Positions 54,181 to 64,000 of a stretch of 64,000 bases of DNA are shown in pieces. The first letter of the stretch is position 1. Every line of letters starts with the position of its first letter. Location: the NCBI GenBank assembly GCA_951406725.2, contig OX597816.1, forward strand, positions 148,118,001 through 148,182,000. Reading direction: 5' to 3'. The position numbers and the translations under genes are program-made. The notes beneath the pieces are model-generated. The model had not been told where the DNA came from, did no database searches, and worked only from the letters and a program-made list of their open reading frames with translations. The stretch is from Octopus vulgaris (Eukaryota).

Positions 54181-54995
54181 ATGCCATACACAAAACATTC
54201 AGCGGGACTGTCAGATTTTCAAAGAGATCGTACTGTTGGGCAAACTGAGGCTGGAAATAGCCAGCGAAAAATTGCCCAAATTCTTTAAATTCCTCTTGCT
54301 ACTGTTAATAGAATTATATTGTAATTTAAAAGCCATGGAAAAACATCAACAGATTCACGTCCTGGTCGACCTGGGCGCTCGAAATGGAAGCTTCGCTATT
54401 TGAATACAATTGTGGAAGGCTTCTGATATTGCAAAACAGCTAGAAGTTAGTCCAAGTACGTATGTTACATAACTGCATAAGCTTGGGTATTATGGACGAA
54501 CAGCTAGAAGAAAACCTCTCATTCAACCAATTAATATTATCAAAAGAAAGAAATGGGCTAAGGAGATGTCAGAAAATCCAGTTCATTTTGGGATAGAGTG
54601 ATTTCTCAGATGAATCCAGATTTGCTTTATTTTCAGACACTGGACGTGTTTGGGTCTGGAGGCTTCCCAATCAAGAATTTGTTTTGAAACGACTATAACT
54701 GTGAAACATGGCGGTATCTCTGTAATGGTATGGGGAGCTGTCACCAGCGATGGTCGTTCTGAGCTGATCGAATTTGTTGGAATCATAAACTCTGAAAAAT
54801 ACATCGAAATACTTAAGCACGCTCACAATAATATAACGAAAAATGAGATTTCATTCATAGAAGATAGGGCTCCATGTCACACAGCAAAAAGGAATCAACA
54901 ATGGCTGACTAAGAATGGGATCAAAAAGCTTCCTTGGCCGAGCCAATCTCCTGACATGAACTGAATAGAAAACCTCTGGAGCATACTAGATGAGC
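54181..54995 (+). pseudogene. Tc1-like DD34E transposase pseudogene
   Basis: [77 protein letters not shown]. Confidence 0.92.
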
Positions 54996-56061
54996 TTTGT
55001 GAAAAGGAGAAAGAAAAGAAAAGTAAAATTCCGATCAAAAGGGATCGGGTAGAAATTTTTTAAAAAGCGGTCAAAAGGGATCGTGTATCACAGAAGTATT
55101 TTGCCTGTCTTTTCGTTCTGAGTTCAAAGTCCACTGAGACTGACTTTACCTTTTGTGTATCTTATTTCTTTAAGTATTCAATGAAGTTGTTTTTAATATT
55201 GCTGTTGAATTAGGTTAAGTTTAACTTTTATTATAAGTTTTCTCTTTCAGCTTTTTTTGCTTTTCCTTTTTAGTTGCTTCCCTTTTCTTTTTAGGTAATT
55301 ATTTAATCAGGCTGGTTCATTAATGTGTTATATGCTTCAGATATGCTCATCTGAATTTATTGGGGACAGGAATATAGTTATTTTTGGCTGTATCTCTATG
55401 GACAGACCTGAAGGCATGTAGTAAGGCTGTCCAGAAAGGCATTAGTTAAAAGTGCATATAATCTAAATTTTATATTTTAATGGCCAAATCACCTCTACTT
55501 AACAAAAGACACAAGAAAAATCATTTTGTTTGCATAAAGGCCGATTCGTATTCTCAAGGCATCGATAAACACTATTTATCCTTTAAATATCGCTAACCCC
55601 TATTATACTTGTTAGTGAACCTACTTAACCTTTTATTACCTCCCCTTAACCTTCCCATGTACTAATTAACACAACTTCAGTCCAAATTATAAATTGCTGA
55701 ACTTTATACTTATCTTACATACTACGCTAGGTTACTATTTTCCCATAACTTAATTTCATATGATACAGACTCATTTTACGAGCTATTATTTCCCTATCGA
55801 TCTTATTATTTTACACCGGAGGTCAACTAGCAATTAGCACGAGATATCTGAACCTACGGACACGTTGAATTATGAAACTAACTAATTATAACAACGGGGA
55901 TTTAACTAACTCTCTTCTCTTCTATCCTCCAACTGACATATCGAATTATAGACTTCACTAAAATGTAAGACTATTGAATTAGCGATCATATTTCTTATTT
56001 TTCGTTTCTCTTCCTCGCATATTCTTTCTATTGTCCTTCTATTTATCTTTGCCATATAATC

Positions 56062-56137
56062 GTTCCGATGATGTCTATCAATTGCAACGCGATAGATACA
56101 AATTTACCCCAGTTGATATACTGAAACAGCTGTAAAC
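56062..56137 (+). ncRNA. Type I hammerhead-like motif with extended stem II (U4C core)
   Basis: gtt-CCGATGA-T-gtctatcaattg(N25)cagttgatatac-T-GAA-ACAGCTGT-A-aac; palindromic stem III; ends an AT-rich insert starting near 55560. Confidence 0.6.
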
Positions 56138-56332
56138 ATACTATCTTCTTAATTAAATAATGACTTTATAACTCAAACGATCCACTTCTCACTGATTATT
56201 GCTCCATATATACTGAGGTAATACCAGGAGCGCCTATGGATACATCTATTACCTCTAACGTATATCTTACACAACACACACACACACATATACATATATT
56301 TATACATACATATATACATATATATATATGTA

Positions 56333-56370
<38 letters not shown>

Positions 56371-57036
56371 CATACATATATGTATTCTTCCAGTGTTTTT
56401 ATTGGTTTAGCACGCGGGTATTTTTATTATAAAGTGGTATTTATCATTCATAATATGCCCTAATTTTACAGGGGTCATTAAAACAAAACACAAACCACCA
56501 ATCGAATATCCGCACTCACTGTAATATGCATGGCTGTGTAATAATCCTATCTGCTTAAGTTTTTCGTGATTTGATCTAGCTTCTTAAAGATCGTAGTTCA
56601 TATCGTACGTCCCACGCTGCCAGTGTGAAGCCACATTGCACAGAGTGGCCTCGTCTTTAACCTGATACCACTAAGTTTATCGTCGGAGTTACTAGAAGCT
56701 GAGTAAATTTAACGAGTCTTTCATTAGTTTCCAGTGTTTGTGGAGAAATCTCTAGTGGGAAACTTTTAGAAATATATGAATTCTGCCAGAAAGATTTGTT
56801 CTAAATGTGTTGCGCTAAGACTAAACATCGATAATGCCCAAAGGAAGCAAAGGTTTATGGAATTCACAGATTATATCTTTCTCCTACTCTCTTTGTGTAT
56901 GTTCGTGTGTGCGTAAGTATAGAAACATAAAGATAGAGAAGACAGGGACTGAGATACTAAAAAAAAAGTGGGCACTCTTTTTACACATACATATGCATAC
57001 ATATATATATACACAGACAAAGACATATACACACAC

Positions 57037-57090
<54 letters not shown>

Positions 57091-57154
57091 TATATACATG
57101 CGTTTGTAATCTAGTGTGTATATATATAGTTTTACATCATCATTATTTACGTAT

Positions 57155-57192
<38 letters not shown>

Positions 57193-57539
57193 TATTTATA
57201 TATTTACATATTTATATATATATATATATATATATATCTGTGTATGTACATATTTATATATGTATATGTGTGTGTGTGTATGTGTGTGCATTTATGTGTA
57301 TGTGTGTCTGTTTGCTGTATGTATATGTGTAGGTATATCTACTTTAGTTCTTGATTAATGAAATATACGTAATTATCTTTGGGAATTTATAATTACTTGG
57401 CCAGTTACCTACCTATACACTGTTTATGGTTTAATTAATTTGGCACATCAAGTAGACATTTCGAGCACTTAGCTAATTTGCAGAAATAGCACTTAGCTTC
57501 ATGCAGCTAACGTTTAACTCTTCACTTTGATACAACTTT

Positions 57540-58400
57540 GATATCGCAAAATTAAATGCATCATTATATATTCATGTGCGGACTTTGCATACTAGATTTA
57601 TATTGATTTCACTGTTTAATTTACTGAAGCAGTTACATTTTATTATCATTGCTGTGATTTTGAACGATAGAGCAACCGATAAAATGCTCCGTGTTTGACT
57701 ACTTTTACTCGTTGCTGGAGTCGATGAAATAAGTGCCAGTAACATACTGATGTCGATATATTCAGTTGTGCCCATTCCTACAATGCGTGCTCTTGTTCTT
57801 GTGCTAGAAAATCCTTTTTGCTAATGCATCAAAAATAATGAGGACGTGAGAGTAGCTAGAATTTTGAATTCAATCATTTTTAGTATTTTAGGCTTATTCC
57901 ACTACGTTCTGGGCAACGAAGCACACTTTGCATTGAAGTGATCCTCATGTGTTTTGGCTTGGGCAACAAAATATCTACCATTCAAGTACTGGAGCTGTCT
58001 TCGGGATATTCACGTTTCCTACAGAATTTATATTTCTTGTGCTGTATATAAGTTAAAATTTGCTTCAAGTGCAATACAATTTTATGAAAAATGTCTGCAA
58101 CTGTTAGAATAGTTAGAATAATCATTGACAATGAGAGAGATTTATCAAGGAAATATTTTAACATATTACTTAATTGGTGACCTCAAACAAGGCATTTATG
58201 TATCCCCTGTCTGGCTGATTGTTGTTTAGTTTCAGGTCACTCCTATTTGATAAAATTCGATATAGCTGTAAACATCCGGCTTGTCATTAAGCAATACATC
58301 TCCCATGTACCCTTCCCAGTTAAAGACGGTTGCATATGAGCCGCGGAAGACTTCTTTATGGGGGCGGAGTGTAGTTTGATAGTGTTTTAGTTACTTTTCT
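57540..58400 (-). mobile_element. Highly decayed hAT-like transposase
   Basis: LALISSTPATS followed by frameshifted ER-like residues (dimerisation motif); upstream SAAHMQ resembles CxAH.LNL. Confidence 0.4.
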
Positions 58401-59025
58401 TCCTTGAATATTATAATGACTAGTTTAAATTAACTAAAATTTCTACTTGAATCCTTTATTTTCCCATTGAATATTCACCATTAGAATTCTCTCTCATACA
58501 AGCATTACGTTTACAACCAGACTTTCTTGAAATTAGAAAATAGTTGTTTAGTTTTTTCGACATTGGTACTTTATTTTATCTTTATTTTTCATTCAAGTTT
58601 CAGCATTTTATATCTTCCTGCTTTTAAGAGGAAATGTACTTTTCCTTTCTGAAAACGTAGTAAGAAATCAGCTAATACGTGAACACCCATGTACTGATGT
58701 AGTCTGCTAATTGTAGTACATTTTAGGAAAGTAAACGCTCGCGGAATATAAATTAAATATCTTAAAAAGCTAAGGCGTCAGTTTGGTTGTAAGTCAATTA
58801 TTCTCGTAAAAAAAATTAAATTCTCAACTAGAGACCAGCTACACATAAGTTTAATGTAGACTGCTGCCTTTGCTTACTGCAGTGATACCAGTATGTTGTT
58901 CCCACTTAGAACCAGACACTGTAGAATGCGATTTCGTGAACAATTTCTACAGCATTGTAATTCCTATGACCTTTTCTTTTGTATTTTGAGGATTTAGGCA
59001 CCTGCAAATCCTAATTTCTGTATAA

Positions 59026-59127
<102 letters not shown>

Positions 59128-59174
59128 GTATATATATATATATAGAGAGAGAGAGATGGATGGATGGATGGATG

Positions 59175-59287
<113 letters not shown>

Positions 59288-59295
59288 GATATGAA

Positions 59296-59620
59296 AATGG
59301 AGTTGCAATTTGGGGAGTTGGGTGGCCAGATTTTAGCGGTGATGTGACCGCAGAAATTTTCTGACAGCCATGACTAGATTCTCCTGCTTGTCTGGGATGG
59401 TGCAGAGTCCTGTTGCCAGACATCGTCTTCCAGTAGCCACCCTCTTGACCCAGAGCAATACTACCTCCCCCAGGCACTTGATGTAGGCTTCCGTGTTGAA
59501 TCTGAGGCTGTGTGGGAAGATGAATGGAGGCATAACGTCGCCATCAGTAGTGATCACTCCAAACACCATGCTGTTGACAGGATGCTTTGATTTTTATCAC
59601 TCTCGGTAATATTTTGGGGA
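59296..59620 (-). mobile_element. maT/DD37D-like transposase fragment
   Basis: [30 protein letters not shown]; WQQDSAPSQ; [10 protein letters not shown]. Confidence 0.8.
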
Positions 59621-59644
59621 CAAATTTGGGGTAATATTTTTCGG

Positions 59645-60690
59645 TCTAGAGAGCAAGAGCCGGTACTCTTTCAGTCTCTCCCAGTAGCTCAGTTGTTCCA
59701 CGGATGCAATATTCCCGATGTAACACCGCTGACCTACCTAAAGTTCGGCTATTAATTTGATACTGTGGCGTGACCGAATTTGAGAGCAGTAGTCCAGACG
59801 GTTGAAGACAAATGTCGTCCATAAAACCAGCATGCCAATCCCCAGATCATGTACTGTACATCGCTCTGTGATTGGTCTAAAGTGATTTTGTTGCAGCATA
59901 TTATCAAGGGCTAACGTTGGGCTTGGCATTTTCCTGCATTAAATTGCATTTTGTTTTCTCCAGCTTATTTATATATGGCTTCCATATACATTGGCTTCCA
60001 CGGCCGGGTGTCTGTCTTTTAAGTCATGCAACCACTCTCTCAGTTTTCCGACTATACAAAGTCTCCGTAGCTTGTAACGTATCCCATGATTAACCTTATC
60101 AAACATCTTTCTAGAACTAGGATATATCAATTCCACGTTTGAACAATTCACTATTTTTTTCAACACACAGTCGTAATGCTTCAGAAGCTGTGTAAAGTAG
60201 CTTCGTACTGAGTGAAAGCTATACTGGGTTTCAGGGAGCAAGTCATTAGCTTCGAGGAACTTGATGAGCCTTCTTCTGACAATGTGTCTCAATGTCTGAT
60301 GAAGCCAGGTCAACTTATATTTAAAAAAAAGAGAATGCCTTTCAGCATCTACTGTCTGTACTACGTTAACATAGTTTTTGCTCTGAAGAGCAGTGCGTGC
60401 GCCATCCACATACTTCCAAAATGGATGCATTTCGTTTTGTGACCTGGGCTTGTGCCCTCTTTGATACTGGTGCAGTTGTTTCTCTCCTCGGGAACTGTTC
60501 TCCATGGCTTTGGGCGAGCAAAACGAACACTGTTCGTATGGGAGCACTGCTCGCAGATCTACCACCTGTCTCCATACTCACGCATATCCTTTTCATAAAA
60601 CCTATAGACCTTTTGGGCCTTCTTTATTCCAGAGCCTTTGGCTTTGCAAGTTTTACTTCATTTTAATTTTGCGCTCATCTTGGACCTATA
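59645..60690 (-). mobile_element. CR1-clade LINE remnant (pre-RT and RT segments)
   Basis: PFWKYV; FLEANDLLPETQYSF..TQLL..ELIY..KMFDKVNHG; RLDYCSQI; LSYWERLKE. Confidence 0.85.
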
Positions 60691-61316
60691 GCCATCCTAG
60701 TCCTTTCATCACAACCGCACGCGAGCGCACACACACACATACATATATACACATATACATACATACAAATATATATATATATATATATATATATTCTGAT
60801 ATATATATATATATACATACAAATATATATATATGTGCATAATGAATGTATGAATGTATGTATGCATTTCTTTTGGGCTACTGCAGCTGATGTGAGTGTT
60901 GCTTTGAAGCGTTATCTCTTCAGCAGTTAATATTGATTTATTAATGCCGTTTAGAACTGTTGTTATTGATTAGTTTCGCTTTAAATGTTGTACATGTTCA
61001 TCTTAGTTAGCTTCTGCTCTTTTGCTTATGAAATTAATTTCCACATGGTAGTCGTAAGTTTCTATTTCCTTGCCACGTGCAAAATTTAATTTATTAATCG
61101 TATTGTTTCCAAAAGGTAATGCTCGTTAATTTCCGTCATATTTATAGAAATGAATTGAAACATCATCAGCTCTTCCCACAAATGACAAAAAGATAAACCT
61201 ACGAAACAAAACGTACACTATATATTTACGAAGACAATAATACGGGCATATCACACACACACACACACACATACAAACACACACACAAACATACACAGAC
61301 ACATACGCACACGGTA

Positions 61317-61638
61317 AATGAAAGATGGAAGGAGGAATATACGAGAATTATTATTAATCACGACGATTGTTTCGACACATCTAGCATCGATGCCTCACGG
61401 GTTGGATACTTAGTAACTAGTTTAGGAGCACCCGGTGGTGCAGTTGTGTCTCAACGGGTGATAAAATAGATACAACTCCAGCTCGTTAAAATAACAGTCC
61501 TGCAATCTATATCCTCATTTCGTAGAAAGAAAAGCAGCAAAAACGAAGGAAATATCTTCATCTATATAGAAGATCAAATATAAAATCACAGATGGAAAGG
61601 AGAAACGAACACGCTGTACAGCGAGAAAGTATCAAAAA
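61317..61638 (-). mobile_element. ~320 bp dispersed repeat, copy 2, with hammerhead-like fold (61357-61462)
   Basis: Minus strand atcac-CCGtTGA-gacaca(long insert)tgtgtc-GAA-AC-aatc-GT-C-gtgat. Confidence 0.65.
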
Positions 61639-61778
61639 TAAACAATGAATATATAAATGCTCTCGCGCAAACTGTATCGTGCGTGTACACTCGCTCTTAC
61701 AAGCATACGCACACGTGTGGTTTGTTGCACACACGATTACAAAGAAAGAGAGAAAAAGAGAGAGAGGGAAGAGAAAGA

Positions 61779-62141
61779 GAGAGAGGGGGAGAGAAAGAGA
61801 GAGAGAAAGACAGAGAGGGGAGAGATAGATAGCTAGATACAGATATACATATATATATGTATATGTATATCTACCTCTATACCTTCCTGTCTATCTCATT
61901 CTATCTCGTTATATATGTTCAGATGTACATACATATACACATATATATATGACTGAGAGAGAGGGGGAGAGGAAAAAGAGAGAGAGAAAGACAGAGAGGG
62001 GAGAGATAGATAGCTAGATACAGATATACATATATATATGTATATGTATATCTACCTCTATACCTTCCTGTCTATCTCATTCTATCTCGTTATATATGTA
62101 TACAGATGTACATACATATACATACATATATATATGACTGA
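61779..62141. repeat. Near-perfect tandem duplication, ~180 bp unit
   Basis: ..gatagctagatacag..ctacctctataccttcctgtctatctcattctatctcg..atgactga occurs twice. Confidence 0.9.
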
Positions 62142-62360
62142 AGATTGAAGGCTTCGAATGTCCCGACCGTGTTTTTAGTATCGTCTCTTAAATGTTTTAC
62201 GTTCTTGTCCTAGTTTGTATTTTTTTACATTTACATATATATATATATAAGCGCCGCCCGTACCCTTTTTGGTCAAAACATGGTACGACTCTATAACACT
62301 GTCTCTCTCCCCCTCTCCTACATTTCTCTGCCTTTCACACTTTGCGCTCCACTTTGATCT

Positions 62361-62413
<53 letters not shown>

Positions 62414-62985
62414 TCCTTCTTTGTTCCTTGTTCACCTTCTTTCTCTCGTCATCTATCCCTCTTTTCCTCTCTCTTCTCCTCACACGTGACTAGCCGACCG
62501 AATGCTAACCTTTTCGTGGCCAGTAGCCGTCGCAGCAAGACACATTTTTCTCTCTCTCGCCCTAAGGCATTTTTCTAACGCCAGCTCAAAATTTATTCGT
62601 CCTGTCGAAAAGACGCTTGCCTCTGACGTCCTGTTCTTCTTCTTATTATTATCATTATTGTTTTTACGTATTTTTGTACACTTATTCGTGTTATCATTAT
62701 TGTTTTTACGTATTTTTGTATTTTTATTTGTGTAACATCGTCCGGTTTTCCGTCCTTGTTTTGTATACATTCGAGACTTTCTTCCAAGGAATCTAATGCG
62801 CTTGGCTTAGATTTTCCTTTGGGGCTGGCCAGATCGGAGCAATCTCAAGATTAATCAGCCGAAATTGCGAGGATGATCCGGTTCTTGACTGAAGATTGAA
62901 TGCTTCGAATGTCCCGTCCGTGTTTTTAGTATCATCTCCTAAATGTTTTACGTTCTTGTCCCAGTTTGTATTTTTTTACATTTAC

Positions 62986-62987
<2 letters not shown>
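62136..62987 (+). mobile_element. Partial-tandem pLTR-like repeat (101 bp direct repeats)
   Basis: 62136-62236 is nearly identical to 62887-62987; both are followed by (TA)n. Confidence 0.65.
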
Positions 62988-63027
<40 letters not shown>

Positions 63028-63247
63028 CCGAAGATGGCCACATTTCATTAGCTGAAACTGGAAAAATCAAAATCAAAAATAAAGTATAGAAGCCATCTTA
63101 ATATGGCTAACCACATAGGGGAGGGGGTGTTACTGTAGCTCTATAGCCCCAGGAGATCGTCGTCTCCAGCTGGCTTCAGACACCATTTCAGTGACCTTGA
63201 AGTATTTGCAAAGGGAGGCCATCCCTGTCTCGCAAACCTGAGTGATA

Positions 63248-63290
63248 CGCACGGACTAGTTTCGAGATTTTTGTCTCTTGTCAACGGGCG
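63248..63290 (-). ncRNA. Minimal type I hammerhead with U3-A8 covariant core
   Basis: cgcccg-TTGACAA-GAGA-caaaaa-TCTC-GAA-ACTAGT-C-cgtgcg. Confidence 0.7.
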
Positions 63291-63744
63291 GTAACCACCA
63301 GGTCGCGATGAAAGAGAAGGCTGCTTAATATGGTATAGAAGCCATATTAAGATGGCTTCTATACTTTACATTATCGAGCGATTACTGTTTACATCTCATT
63401 CTGAGATTTAATAATGCTTACTGTCAGTTTTTCGAAATCAGTGGCAGACGTCACAAGAAAAACTCTTATATATTTGCAAAGCAGCCTTCTCTTTCATCGC
63501 GACCTGGTGGTTTGTCACTCGTCTAGGGACCCCTCTTTCATCTGCGTATAGAGAAGTTAGCTGCGTATTTTGTTGAGTGAGTTCGTTTTTTGTTCGTCGT
63601 TGTTTGTGTTTGCTCGTGAATTTGAACAGTTGTCCGTTGTGTGACAGTAATTTTCGCCCTACGGGGCTGAAAATTCTGTGTATAAACATTGTTATTACCT
63701 TCTGGGTAATTTGTTTTGAAAAATTGGTTCTCATAATTTGAGAA

Positions 63745-63999
63745 ATGGAGTTCGACTTGGCGTCGAGGAGCGACTTTCCCGTGATGGGAAAAGGCGAACA
63801 GAAGGATATCGAGGTTAGAAAACAGTCTTTTTCGGCCGCAGTGGGCGGAACCGTAACGGAAGTGGAATTCAAAATAGAACAGTTGTTCGAATACCGGAAC
63901 TTGGTCAAAAAGGAAGACAACGAAATAAAACTGGTACCGCCGCAAGCGATATTACAGGAAATAAAGGCCAAGACAGTCGTGTACAAGGTTTACAGTAAC
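63745..63999 (+). CDS. 5' part of an L1/Tx1-type ORF1, open to the window end
   Basis: 85 codons with no stop: MEFDLASRSDFP..EIKLVPPQAILQEIKAKTVVYKVYSN, aligning with EINPPKQWLKDMEEKTIVLRTYSK of 50852; preceded by a LINE-like 5' UTR from ~63420. Confidence 0.65.
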   Translation, partial: MEFDLASRSDFPVMGKGEQKDIEVRKQSFSAAVGGTVTEVEFKIEQLFEYRNLVKKEDNEIKLVPPQAILQEIKAKTVVYKVYSN

Positions 64000-64000
64000 A

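Noticed and set aside
63438-63986. 182 aa and 135 aa minus-strand ORFs
   Set aside because: Most likely antisense shadows of the plus-strand ORF1 and its UTR.

Overview
AT-rich, microsatellite-dense animal DNA with no intact host gene. The SINE families and repeat landscape suggest a cephalopod (Octopus-like); this is an inference. The window is a mosaic of decayed, often nested transposons: Tigger/pogo, Tc1, mariner, maT-like, piggyBac, hAT, Helitron, a CMC-like MITE, Gypsy pol, RLE-type (R4/Dong-like), CR1, RTE, L1/Tx1 and Penelope-like retroelements, plus at least four tRNA-derived SINE families. Most ORF-track entries are microsatellite translations. Notable signals: (1) type I hammerhead-ribozyme folds in about seven unrelated short repeats, including a C3U/G8A covariant core and a recurrent U4C core; (2) an element with a tRNA B-box, microsatellite and hammerhead, present as a ~590 bp head-to-head palindrome; (3) a ~2.05 kb ORF1-only (HAL1-like) zinc-knuckle retroelement inserted into a SINE with an 8 bp TSD and a 3' hairpin array, with a related open ORF1 at the window end; (4) a SINE and a Tx1-like LINE sharing a 3' tail; (5) apparent microsatellite-targeted insertion and frequent fold-back duplications at (TA)n. 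All alignments and folds were done by eye.
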